From Octopus sinensis (Eukaryota), in NCBI RefSeq assembly GCF_006345805.1, contig NC_043001.1:31248001-31312000 (forward strand): a stretch of DNA of 64,000 nucleotides, given 5' to 3'. A program made the translations under genes and the position numbers. Shown here in pieces: positions 12,906-25,450 of the stretch; position 1 is the stretch's first letter; the number at the start of each line of letters is the position of its first letter. A model generated the notes under the pieces. That model saw only the letters and a program-made list of their open reading frames with translations. It made no database searches and had not been told where the DNA came from.

Positions 12906-13886
12906 TATATAATAAAATTTATCATAATTCAATTACAAGGAAACAAAGAAACAGCATAAGTGAGTTGGAATAAGGAAAAGGGGGCTGGAATTAAGGAGCA
13001 GAAGATGGAAGAGAAGGAGGCAACAGATTGCACACCTCAGAATAAATTGGGTATTCAGTCGCGCCTCGGGGTCATGACCTCGATGGCATTACCGCGGAGA
13101 ATTGTCAGCGAATCTCACTGATGCAGCCACTCCAGCGCGGGACTGATTTATGATATATTTCTCCGTTGACCTATTTGTTTTCAATATATACAAAATTACC
13201 AGGATAAGATTGGAGCCCAACGCAAAGGATCTATCTCTAACTTCGTTTAAAACTTTAAAGCCAGAGCGGGATACTGTCCCGCAAACGTTTTGCACACATT
13301 AACATGTTTGTAACCAATATACTAAAATCATTTCAAACGAATTAAACTGAGTTTTGCTTATGTAAGAAATCTATTATTCGAGCGCTCGAGAAAAAGAAGT
13401 TGCTACTGCTGCTATCATTTAGTCCTAATCGAACAGAGCTATGATAGAAGGCTTCCCACAGTCGTGATTGTCTCGTATTTTCAGACATTCTATCTAGGAC
13501 CCACATTTTCCCTGGTGTTTTTTTTTAATAGCAGTGAGGGGTCATTTGAAGGTTAATTAACTAATATTTCTAGCTGGTAGAACGGCCATATAGAATCCCC
13601 ACCGTTGACTAGTTGTCAGAAACACTAGAACGCTTTGCATTCAGTAGTTAATCTCCTTTTTCTAGATTCTAAATTCGAATCTTTTCGACTTCGACAATCT
13701 CGCTGGCATTGAAAAAAATAAATACCAAGAAATAGTAAAGATATTGTGATCTCGTCAATCGATTGTACCCACACACAACCTTTGACTAAGTTGCCTTTGT
13801 GCCTTGTCAATCAAAAGCGAAATCAAAGTAAACAATATTACTTAAGAGGGCCACTTTCAGTAAAATTATTAGATCCGAATGCAATA

Positions 13887-14106
13887 CAGTAATCTCTTGA
13901 CTATCGCGGGTGTTACGTTCCAAATCCCTGCGATAGGTGAAAATCCGCGAAGTAGAAACAGTACTGTACTGTGTGTTTTTATTATTATTTTTATAATTTG
14001 TATATATTTATTTTATTATAAATGCAAAACAACACCACGGAGGAATCGACGTAAGCTTAAATAATAAACCGCGATAGGTGAACCGCGATAAGATGAGGGA
14101 TTACTG
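13887..14106. mobile_element. Tigger/pogo-like Tc1-mariner MITE
   Basis: TIRs cagtaatc(t/c)ct and gagggattactg, with TA on both sides. A second copy lies at 59933-60147. Confidence 0.75.
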
Positions 14107-14168
14107 TATACCGTTATGTTCCCACCAAAGAATTTATCTTCATATAATGACTAATAAGAAGGGTACTT

Positions 14169-14583
14169 GGATCTTTTCGGTTTGAACGACAGTTTTTAAC
14201 ATAATTTCTAGGTAACTAAAAATTTTTTAACTTCGTAAACTGGTAGAATGTGTTTATAAAACATCTTTTTCCCTTGGTTTTATTGAGAAAATTCTATAGT
14301 TTGTAAGATATTTGTTGTTGTTTTTTTTTCTTCAATTTCTGCAATTTCAACCAATCAATTACGTCCATTGAGGTAAAAAAAACATTCTGTGCCGTATGAA
14401 TGTGTCCCACGTTTAAGAAACAGATTGGGTTTATTTACATTTGTGAAGAAAAAAAGATACCCTTCCCCAACCCCTAACCCTAAAACAGATTGAAATGCAA
14501 TAGATCGATAATAGGGTCATAATTATGGGTGACAATTTCATATGACACCGCTAGAAAAACTGCCGTTCAAAACGAAAAGATCC
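14169..14583. mobile_element. MITE with 29-bp GG-starting TIRs and 8-bp TSD (Merlin-like), copy 1
   Basis: TIR ggatcttttcggtttgaacg(g/a)cagttttt. Flanks are GGGTACTT and TGGTACTT. It carries internal ccctaa repeats. Confidence 0.85.
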
Positions 14584-16262
14584 TGGTACTTTAAAGAAAC
14601 TTTCTATAAAAGAAATCTAGTTAAGCACTACAGCATAATACATTACCCCTCGCCTCACTCTATCTCTAGTCGTAACCGTTTCGCTCTGCTGAGGTCGCTT
14701 ACATATTTTTTGAGAAAAGCACGTTCATACCATTTAGTCTACTTATTAGCTGTGAGAATGACACGAACACCGTAACATGTCAACACTACTTATTTAAATA
14801 TTTGAGATCATGTGACTTGGTTAAATAACTTTCTTTTCCAGGGCCGCGATGACTGGCGGGAGGAAGGAGGGAGTTATTCTCAAGCAGGAAAACAGGGTTC
14901 AAATGTTTGCGACAGAATGGATGCTGCTAACTAAAGAATCACAGTGGCCAAGTGGAGGTGTTAAGACAAGCGATGGACTGAATCTAATTCCCAATTATTC
15001 AGTGGTAAACTCTTACTTTACATTTTACTTATATACAGATGTAAATAAAGGCAAGATGTATGTGGCATCTAATCAATGGTTACTCACATGGATGCGTTCA
15101 TACTTCGCAAAGAAATACAAAATTTGTACACAAGGAAATTTCTGAGCTCTTCCATACCAACAAAAACAAAAAATGGAGCTAATATTGGCCATCATTCCTA
15201 TTGACTTAAATAATTGGTTCTTTTCGGTTTGAACGGCAGTTTTTTAAAATAATTTCCACGTAACTAAACACTTTTAAACTTCGTATACTGGTAGAATGCG
15301 TTTATAAAACATCTTTTTCTCTTGGCTTTATTGAGAAAATTCTATAGTTTGTAAGATATTTGTTGTTGTTTTTTTTTCTTCAATTTCTGCAATTTCAACC
15401 AATCAATTACGTCCATTGAGGTAAAAAAAACATTCTGTGCCGTATGAATGTGTCCCACGTTTAAGAAACAGATTGGGTTTATTTACATTGTGAAGAAAAA
15501 AAGATACCCTTCCCCAACCCCTAACCCTAAAACAGATTGAAATGCAATAGATCGATAATAGGGTCATAATTATGGGTGACAATTTCATATGACACCGCTA
15601 GAAAAACTGCCGTTCAAAACGAAAAGATCCTGGTACTTTAAAGAAACTTTCTATAAAAGAAATCTAGTTAAGCACTACAGCATAATACATTACCCCTCGC
15701 CTCACTCTATCTCTAGTCGTAACCGTTTCGCTCTGCTGAGGTCGCTTACATATTTTTTGAGAAAAGCACGTTCATACCATTTAGTCTACTTATTAGCTGT
15801 GAGAATGACACGAACACCGTAACATGTCAACACTACTTATTTAAATATTTGAGATCATGTGACTTGGTTAAATAACTTTCTTTTCCAGGGCCGCGATGAC
15901 TGGCGGGAGGAAGGAGGGAGTTATTCTCAAGCAGGAAAACAGGGTTCAAATGTTTGCGACAGAATGGATGCTGCTAACTAAAGAATCACAGTGGCCAAGT
16001 GGAGGTGTTAAGACAAGCGATGGACTGAATCTAATTCCCAATTATTCAGTGGTAAACTCTTACTTTACATTTTACTTATATACAGATGTAAATAAAGGCA
16101 AGATGTATGTGGCATCTAATCAATGGTTACTCACATGGATGCGTTCATACTTCGCAAAGAAATACAAAATTTGTACACAAGGAAATTTCTGAGCTCTTCC
16201 ATACCAACAAAAACAAAAAATGGAGCTAATATTGGCCATCATTCCTATTGACTTAAATAATT
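14584..16262 (+). repeat. 1047-bp tandem duplication
   Basis: 14584-15215 equals 15631-16262, and identical ORFs appear at 14542/15589 and 14849/15896 (offset 1047). Confidence 0.95.
15216..15630. mobile_element. Hybrid copy of the same MITE (left part from copy 3, right part from copy 1)
   Basis: The left flank AAATAATT belongs to the 16263 copy and the right flank TGGTACTT belongs to the 14169 copy. Diagnostic bases switch at ~15327-15368. Confidence 0.85.
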
Positions 16263-16688
16263 GGTTCTTTTCGGTTTGAACGGCAGTTTTTTAAAATAAT
16301 TTCCACGTAACTAAACACTTTTAAACTTCGTATACTGGTAGAATGCGTTTATAAAACATCTTTTTCTCTTGGCTTTATTGAGAAAATTCTATAGTTTGTA
16401 AGATATTTGTTGTTGTTTTTTCTTCAATTTCTGCAATTTCAACCAATCAATGACGTCTATTGAAGGTGAAAACATTGTGTCGTATGAATATGTCCCTTGT
16501 TTAAGAAACAAATTGGATTTATTTACATTTCTGAAGAAAAAAAGATACCCTTCCCCCCACTCCTAACCCTAACTAACCCTAACCCTAAAACAGATTGAAA
16601 TGCAATGGATCGACACTAGGGTCATAATTATGGGTGACAATTTCATATGACACCGCTAGAAAAACTGCCGTTCAAACCGAAAAGATCC
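16263..16688. mobile_element. Same MITE family, copy 3
   Basis: TIRs as above, with an exact 8-bp TSD AAATAATT at 16255-16262 and 16689-16696. Confidence 0.9.
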
Positions 16689-17922
16689 AAATAATTTTCT
16701 CCGGTAAATACACGAGTAAGTGAAATTGTTACGACTGAGAACCGAACCTGGATCGCGATCATTTTTCCACCTTGAGCAACAACGCTAACAGTTCGCCAGC
16801 TACGCTGCTTACATGCTCGTCGTACTGAATTACGCCTACAGAAAGGAAACACTACAATATCTGAAGACGACTGTCGAAGTACAATATTTCATCTGTCTAT
16901 CTCTGCGCCATAAAACTGCTTGCATCAATAACAACGCCAACATCAAATACAACACCGGTAGCAGTGTTAGTTACGGAATAAAAACCGTCGATTCTGACAT
17001 GGGTATATAAATCACTGACTGTGAATTCAACATGGAAAGCGAAAAGCTCTAGCAAGAAGTTTCTGAAAGTGGCTCAATAATAATAATAATGATAAACTGT
17101 TCACATACTTAACTGCAAACGGTAGGTCACCGTATTATGTATTTCTCGTAAATCACCTATCTGTATTTTATCGTTAGAAAATCAATTGTCTACACATTTT
17201 CATATTGTATAAAACCTTGACATTTTTATTGTTTTTATTTATTATATATTTATTTATTTGACACACTTGGGGGGCAAGAATGAGTAAAGGATATTACTAG
17301 ACTATCATACAATATATCGATTCCCACCGAGGAAGTGTTAGATACACGGGCGATACATATTGATCTCCATTAAGATAGATGTTCATTCACACACACACAA
17401 ACACACGCACATTGACTTTACAGCTTCTCGAGCAATAACAGATCTGAATTAAACGATCTTATATTTATAAAGAAAATAAAAACTGTTGACTATGCACATT
17501 AACAATAAGAAATCTTTTGGTTTGGTTGCAGCGTGTAACAGTCTTATAGTAAAAAGCTGTCCGACGTTCAGCGGTTAGGCATTTTGAAGTATTTACTTTA
17601 AAAACAATCGGTAAAAAAATTCTGATTTATAATGAGAAAAGCATTATATGTGATATACAGGTTAAGAAAAAACATTTTTAATTTGTTTGGAAAGTGTAAA
17701 GTACGAAGCTGTCTGGTATTCAACAGGCATTTTAAAGTATTTCATGGCTGTGCGCCTAAGCTTGTTTTGCAACCACGTGGTTTCAGATTCAATCCTATTA
17801 CGCAGTATCCAGAGCAAGTGTCTTCAAGTACAGCTCCCGGCCGACCAATGCCTAGTGAGTGAATTTGGTAGACAGAAATTGCAAGGAATCCCGTTTCAAT
17901 AACTGGTATAGCTTCTAGTTAG

Positions 17923-18156
17923 AAGGCAGTGAGCCGGCAGAAACGTTAGCACGCCGGGCGAAATGCTTAGCGGTATTTCGCCTGCCGTTACGTTGTGAGT
18001 TCAAATTCCGCCGAGGTCGACTTTGCTTTTCATCCTTTCGGGGTCGATTAAATAAGTATCAGTTACACACTGGGGTCGATGTAATCAACTTAATCCGTTT
18101 ATCTGTCCTTGTTTGTCCTCTCTGTGTTTAGCCCCTTGTGGGTAGTAAAGAAATAG
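17923..18156 (+). mobile_element. Monomeric SINE of the 11713 family
   Basis: Runs from gagccggcagaaacgttagcacgccgggcg to ccccttgtgggtagtaaagaaatagg. Confidence 0.85.
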
Positions 18157-18175
18157 GTATAGCTTCAAGTTAGTC

Positions 18176-18210
<35 letters not shown>

Positions 18211-18214
<4 letters not shown>

Positions 18215-18590
18215 CAACAATTGAGGGTAAAATTAATTAATTATTAATCAATTCACCAAGTGTTCAGTATGCAAAGGGACCATTTAAGGCGAATTCAATT
18301 ATTACATTATATAAAAGGGCTTAGTAAAATAAATTACTTTGCCGCATACTGAACTCATTAGAAATAGCAGCTAAAAACTTTTTTAAAACTATTTCTAATA
18401 CTAAAGAAAACCTCTCTCATAAAGTGTTTGCTCAACTCAACTCACGAAAGTTGAGTTGAGTTGAGCAAACACTTTATGAGAGAGGTTTTCTTTAAGTATT
18501 AGAAATAGTTTTAAAAAAGTTTTTTAGCTGCTATTTCTAATGAGTTCAGTATGCGGCAAAGTAATTTATTTTACTAAGCCCTTTTATATA

Positions 18591-18592
<2 letters not shown>
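18211..18592. mobile_element. Foldback (palindromic) element between (TA)n tracts, copy 1
   Basis: Arms 18306-18445 and 18450-18592 are near-perfect reverse complements around a GAAA loop (18446-18449). Confidence 0.85.
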
Positions 18593-18628
<36 letters not shown>

Positions 18629-19230
18629 CTGTGTGTGTGTGTGTGTGCTTGCATTTGTGTTGCGTTTGTTCCACCGTTTGACAACCGTGTTGGTCTGTTT
18701 AGGTTCTCGTCGCCTAGCAGTTCGACAAAATAAACCCGATAGGACTAAGTGCCAGACTTAAAAAGGAAATACATATTGAGATCTATTTGTTCGACTGGAC
18801 CCTTCAAGCAGGTGTCCTGAAAGAAGTAGAAGGTAAACGATTTCATTTGAGAAAACTTAATTGAAGAATTGTGTGAGTAACGATTACGTGTTAAGTTTTT
18901 GATAATGCAGATCGGTATTTTTAAATTTTATTTTATTTATATTTATCTATTGAAAAGGGTAAATTTAATTTCAGGCATATGGCCCATATATGCCATTGGT
19001 CGGAACGCAAAAGATGAGAATAGGCGTAGAAGTGGCTGTGTGGTAAGTAGCTTGCTTACCAACCACATGATGGTTCATTACCCCTGCGTAGCACCTCGGG
19101 CAAGTGTCTTCTACTGTAGCCTCGGGTCGACCAAAGCCATGTGAGTGGATTTGGTAGTCGGAAACAGAAAGAAGCCTGTCGTGTATATATATATATATAT
19201 AATATATATATATATAATATATATATATAT

Positions 19231-19612
19231 AATTTCAACAATGAGGGTAAAATTAATTAATTATTAATCAATTTCACCAAGTGTTCAGTATGCAAAGGGA
19301 CCATTTAAGGCGAATTCAATTATTACATTATATAAAAGGGCTTAGTAAAATAAATTACTTTGCCGCATACTGAACTCATTAGAAATAGCAGCTAAAAACT
19401 TTTTTAAAACTATTTCTAATACTTAAAGAAAACCTCTCTCATAAAGTGTTTGCTCAACTCAACTCACGAAAGTTGAGTTGAGTTGAGCAAACACTTTATG
19501 AGAGAGGTTTTCTTTAAGTATTAGAAATAGTTTTAAAAAAGTTTTTTAGCTGCTATTTCTAATGAGTTCAGTATGCGGCAAAGTAATTTATTTTACTAAG
19601 CCCTTTTATATA

Positions 19613-19614
<2 letters not shown>
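19231..19614. mobile_element. Foldback element, copy 2
   Basis: Palindrome 19327-19614 with loop at 19468-19471. Confidence 0.85.
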
Positions 19615-19650
<36 letters not shown>

Positions 19651-20045
19651 CTGTGTGTGTGTGTGTGTGCTTGCATTTGTGTTGCGTTTGTTCCACCGTT
19701 TGACAACCGGTGTTGGTCTGTTTAGGTTCTCGTCGCCTAGCAGTTCGACAAAATAAACCCGATAGGACTAAGTGCCAGACTTAAAAAGGAAATACATATT
19801 GAGATCTATTTGTTCGACTGGACCCTTCAAGCAGGTGTCCTGAAAGAAGTAGAAGGTAAACGATTTCCATTTGAGAAAACTTAATTGAAGAATTGTGTGA
19901 GTAACGATTACGTGTTAAGTTTTTGATAATGCAGATCGGTATTTTTAAATTTTATTTTATTTATATTTATCTATTGAAAAGGGTAAATTTAATTTCAGGC
20001 ATATGGCCCATATATGCCATTGGTCGGAACGCAAAAGATGAGAAT

Positions 20046-20460
20046 AGGCGTAGAAGTGGCTGTGTGGTAAGTAGCTTGCTTACCAACCACATGATGGTTC
20101 ATTACCCCTGCGTAGCACCTCGGGCAAGTGTCTTCTACTGTAGCCTCGGGTCGACCAAAGCCATGTGAGTGGATTTGGTAGTCGGAAACAGAAAGAAGCC
20201 TGTCGTGTATATATATATATATAATATATATATATATATATTATATATATATATATGTGTGTGTGTGTCTGTCCCCCCAACATCGCTTGGCAACCGATGC
20301 TGGTGTGTTTACATCCCCGTAACTTAGCGGTTCGGCAAAAGAGACCGATAGAATAAGTACTAGGCTTCCAAACAATAATTCCTGGGGTCGATTTCCTCGA
20401 CTAAAAGCGTTGCTCCAGCATGGCTGCAGTCAAATGACTGAAACAAATAAAAGAGTAATG
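20046..20460 (+). mobile_element. tRNA-derived SINE with internal microsatellite
   Basis: Head aggcgtagaagtggctgtgtggtaag and 3' end gcagtcaaatgactgaaacaaataaaaga. Confidence 0.85.
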
Positions 20461-20999
20461 AAAGAAAGTAAGAATCTGAGGAGTCGAAGTCAACTTGGGG
20501 AAGTGATCGGTCCGATAAATCCAGGCTTGTCGTTCGGCAGAGACGTCAGAAGACTCTCTGAGTCAAAGCTATTTGGTAACACAACAAACACGCTTATGAA
20601 TCACACAGATTAATCAACATCCGCCACACGGTATGAACGAATTTATTCCGCGGTAAGTCTGTGTTAAATAGAAAATCCAATTCAAAATACGAAGAGAGCG
20701 CTGTGTTGCAGAGCAACAGACCGTATGTTCTTGTATTTTGTTTGGAGTTCGAGAAAATTTATTATTTGTGAGTTAAGAAGCTAGCAACACAGATTTTCTT
20801 TTTTATTAATCGATCGTATTCATTTTAATATATCGATATTTCTGGCAAATGGTCCTTATACATACGCACACAGACATTATACAACACTTACACACATTCA
20901 TGATTATATATAATTATTCGTTTACGTATGCATATATGTGTGTTTAAATATATTCATGTATGTTTATCTGTATATATATAAATAACCATTATATATATA

Positions 21000-21058
<59 letters not shown>

Positions 21059-22734
21059 AGAATTCACACACAAAAAAAAAGACGAAAACAGTTGGTGTAG
21101 ACAACAAACAAATGTATTAGTATAACGCTCGGGACGTGAAAAAGTATTTAACATTTCGAGCCTACGCTCTTCCACGGAAAGAACACAAGAGGCAATTGGT
21201 TGCGAACGATCCGTATTTTATCCTGTTTGCCGTTGTCGTGCTATCGTCCTTTTTTCGGCATGTTGTGTATTGACAGTTTCCGTTTGTTGTGTTTTTTCTG
21301 TTCTACCTTTGATTTTATATATATATGTGTGTGTGTACAGAGAGAGAGAATACAATCGCACTCAGAATGTGCAATATTTCCGGCTGCCTACACGTGTGTG
21401 TGTGACAAAGACTCATGATTGATCGAATTATTGCTGACATAAGAGAGAGTAACAGAGAGACTGGGAAGAATTTATGTTTTTATTTGCGTTTCAATAACTG
21501 GTATAGCTTCTAGTTAGTCGTTCGATCTATCATCTTAAAAATGGCACCACACACACACATCATAGTCGTATTTGAATATTTCCTGTGTAGATCCTGGCCA
21601 TTTTGTGATTATCTGCTTGCAACAAATATCGATATATTTTTTAACTCTATCAACATAAATATTTTAATTTATCTGTTTCCAATCCAATATGTCTATTTAT
21701 CTCACTTTATATCTAGATATTATAAGGCAGTGAACAGAAACAGTTGTAGCATGTTGGATATTATACTGCTTGCTATATGGTTTCGCTCTCTGTGCTCTGA
21801 GTTCAAATCCAGCCGTGGTCAATTTTGTCTTTCGTTCTTTGGGGGTCGATAAAAAGAAGAATGAATCCATGGTAGTAGATTGGCTCAACCATAAGAACGT
21901 CCGTCGAACCTTGCGATATTTGTCACCGCGTGTTTATTTTCTAAGTTCAAATTTCTCCATGGCTTATCTGGGTGGTAGACTTAATGTGTAGCACGGTTTA
22001 AACCACCACATTACTTAAGCGATACTTGCTAGCTAAAGGATACAGTTCAGTATGTTTGAAAGTAAATCTATTTCGCTTTGATAGTTATTCTGTTCTTTTT
22101 AGATTTCTCATTAACATAGCCGTCAGTCAAATGATAATTTGGTAAAAAAAAAAATTAAGCACACTTAAACAGAACGCAAAACAACGTCTCAGTGTATGTG
22201 TCGCAAAATAAGAAAAAGGCATTCTTTATAAAAGAAAAGAGCTTTATTAGAATGTAAGTAAATTACTTTGTGACTTAAATTCACTGCAACAGAGATTCCT
22301 TTGCCGCAGGCAACACTACGCATTTCGGCATGTATGTGTGTGTAGTGGTAATGGATTTCTGGCATTCAAGAATGAGGATTCGCTTGTTCCATCAACTGAA
22401 TTGCCTGTTACTGAATGAACGCTTAAGTGGCTCAGCATTCTGCAGACGTGTATTCTTAACGTAATTCTCAGACAGAACCAGTGTGACACAGTGCGTGACA
22501 ACGCTGCAGCTTTTGAATTATAAGTACAATCCAGCCAGCGATCTTCAAAACAGTTTCTATCCATTTTCATTCACAGGGTACAAGTCGATCCGAAATTTTA
22601 GAAAATGGCATTTGGCTAAGGTACCACACTGTAAGATCGAACCCTGGGACCGCGTGGCTGCAAAGCGAATGGTTGCAAAACGAACTTAACCATTTGGCCG
22701 TGCTGTGCCTTCATCATATATATATATCCTTTCT

Positions 22735-23110
22735 ACTGGAAAGTACAAGGTCTCAAATTTTGGGGGAAGGGATCAAGTCAATTATATCGACCCCAGTGCG
22801 CAAATGGTACTTATTTAATCGACCCCGAAAGGATGAAAGGCAAAGTCGACCTCGGCGGAATTCGAACTCAAAACCTAACAGCAGATGAAATACCTATTTC
22901 TTTATTGCCCACAAGAGGCTAAACACAGAGGGGACAAACAAGGACAGACAAACGGATCAAGTCAATTATATCGACTCCAGTGCGCAACTGATACTTATTT
23001 AATCGACCTCGAAAGGATGAAAGGCAAAGTCAACCTCGGCGGAATTTGAACTCAGAATGTAGCGGCAGACGAAATACTGCTAAGCATTTCGCCCGATGTG
23101 CTAACGTTTC
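22735..23110 (-). mobile_element. Dimeric SINE (11713 family)
   Basis: Two tandem body units plus a head, on the minus strand. Confidence 0.8.
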
Positions 23111-23285
23111 TACCATTGATACTGTGTAAACTAAGATCCCCGTTGACAAGCCGCTGGTATACATAGTGTTAAACACTTTCGGTAAGTAAATTAGGGATTC
23201 CTTCATACTGTAACTGCTGCATTTGTTGAGTATATAAACAGTTTGGCTGATTGTTTCTCTGGAGATTGTCAAAATGAAGTAGACG

Positions 23286-23326
23286 CCTCTGATGAGAACC
23301 CAATAAGGTTCCAAAATCGATTAAGG
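23286..23326 (+). ncRNA. Minimal type I hammerhead-ribozyme motif with one core substitution (GAAA>CAAA)
   Basis: cct CTGATGA gaacc caataa ggttc cAAA atcgat TA agg. Stem I is cct/agg, stem II is gaacc/ggttc, and stem III is the palindrome AATCGATT. Confidence 0.55.
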
Positions 23327-23396
23327 ATTCATTTTTTTTCAGTCTGCGAAGAAATGGCTAAAGATTTTCCCTGTTTATAATTATACCATATGTTAC

Positions 23397-23436
<40 letters not shown>

Positions 23437-25061
23437 CCCCATCACACAAACACGCTTGTTTATGTTTGCACCCATTTAGATATAGTATGTGTACATACTA
23501 TAGGCTCTGTGTAATTGTCACGAGTTCTGCTGGTAACGTGTAGCCCGGTACAACCGGCTGTATGGCTGGGTTATCGGCGACTAAACCAGTTCCTTCATCA
23601 GACTTACCTGGTGAAGAGGGTTGCAAGAAGCGCGTCGAGACAAAACAACATCAGCCAAAATATGTATGACCCCCCCAACGTAGGGTAAACGATTATTTAT
23701 CAATTGCGTAGGGTCACAGAAAAACGCATGGTGAAAGAACACCATGATGGCTTCTTAGTTCTTCTTAGAACATCTGTGCAGGAGACTGATAAAGTCTAAG
23801 CGTAGTAAGGCCTGAGTGTCGTTCATCCGAGCCTATGCTGGGCCAGCAGGAAAAAAGCTGTGTCATTTGAAAAGTGAGTGCTGTTCGGTACTCACTCCAT
23901 TACCTATAATCGATTTTACGCAGAGAAACTTCTCGAAAAACTCGCAATGGGAAAACAGAAATGTTAACTTTGCAGTTTATGTTGCAAGCTGCTGGGTGGA
24001 CGAATGAGCCATCTCAGAAGTCACCAGCGACAAGTAAATAATGCCAAGAGGCGCTATCAATGTCCAGGAAACGGTCGTGCTTGGACACAAGCTTACTTTC
24101 ATTGTGTGTGTCTGTATATATACCAGTCTCTCTGTACGTATGTGAATTTATGTGCGTGTGTGTATGTCGGAGAGATAACATATGAAATAGAGAAAAAAAT
24201 AGTGAAAGCGTAGCAACACGAAGCTTGATAAGTGGGACGTGATTTGTGTAAATGACATACGATATCAGAAACATGTGAAATATCGAGAAATTGATAAGTG
24301 TCCGAAAAAATCAGAGAAAGATAAAGAGATTATCCAGAATAAAATAGGGTTTCTTCGTTTGCGTTTTATTTTTGTTTTCGCTGTTCATTTTTGTTAAAAA
24401 ATAACATTCGATTCTCATTCCTTTCAAGAATTATATAAACAAAAAAAAACTTTTGGCGATAAATTCTTTTATCTTATTGTAGCCTAAAAATACATTTAAC
24501 ATATCCATTGCTAGATACAACTACTAGCTATGACAATTTGTATGGTGTGTATGTGTGCGTATGTGAGAGCAAGTACGTGACAAAAACCTAATATGGTCTA
24601 GAAATGAAAATGGAATCGGATTTTCAAAATGATTCATAACTATTAACGAACAGTTTCAATAACCACTACATATTTTTTACTCTTTCGTCGAGCCATGGAA
24701 AAGGTATTTGTCCAAGATGTCACTCTGTGTGATCGATTTCGGGGATCTCATCACTACGAAACAAACATTTTTAGCCACTCACCCATGCCTACCGTAGTTC
24801 TATATAAACTGTCTGAAATAAAAGACCCTTGTTGCTCGAACGTAGAGAAATCGCCAAGTACCAGTTGTCTATTCGATTAAGGTTGTTGTGTGATTAAACA
24901 AACAAACAGCAACTGACTTATAATATTTGGTTTCGAACCTCTGCATTCTAAGCTGAAATTCTACGAAAGTCTACTTCGTCATTTAACTTCAAGGTCAGAA
25001 ACAATAAGTATTCCTCTATAAAACCAGCCCCGTACTTTGTCGGTAGAATTACTAATATGGT

Positions 25062-25450
25062 GTGGAGGCGCAATGGCCCAGTGGTTAGGGCAGCGGACTC
25101 GCGGTCATAGGATCGCGGTTTCGATTCCCAGACCGGGCGTTGTGAGTGTTTATTGAGCGAAAACACCTAAAGCTCCACGAGGCTCCGGCAGGGGATAGTG
25201 GTGATCCCTGCTGTACTCTTTCACCACAACTTTCTCTCACTCTTACTTCCTGTTTCTGTTGTACCTTGTATTTCAAGGGGCCGGCCTTGTCACTCTCTGT
25301 GTCACGCTGAATATCCCCGAGAACTACGTTAAGGGTACACGTGTCTGTGGAGTGCTCAGCCACTTACACGTTAATTTCACGAGCAGGCTGTTCCGTTGAT
25401 TCGGATCAACCAGAACCCTTGTCGTCGTAACCGACGGAGTGCTTCCATCC
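25062..25450 (+). mobile_element. Full-length tRNA(Arg-like)-headed SINE with TSD
   Basis: Head ggaggcgcaatggcccagtggttagggcagcgg. An 11-bp TSD actaatatggt lies at 25051-25061 and 25451-25461. Confidence 0.9.

Larger units (their letters stand above)
18176..20235 (+). repeat. ~1.02-kb tandem duplication with junctions in (TA)n
   Basis: Units at ~18176-19195 and ~19195-20235. ORFs repeat at 18540/19562 and 18899/19923. The differences I found are single-base indels. Confidence 0.9.

Noticed and set aside
14542-16192. Duplicated 77-aa and 98-aa ORFs as paralogous genes
   Set aside because: Their identity comes from the 1047-bp duplication. The 77-aa ORF starts inside a MITE TIR and neither shows a protein motif.
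16555-16590. ccctaa repeats as a relic telomere or chromosome fusion site
   Set aside because: There are only 2-3 units and they are an internal part of every copy of the MITE family.
16853-16892. ctgaagacgactgtcgaagtacaata hammerhead-like string
   Set aside because: It has GAAG instead of GAAA, a 1-nt stem II loop and no A15.1-U16.1 pair.
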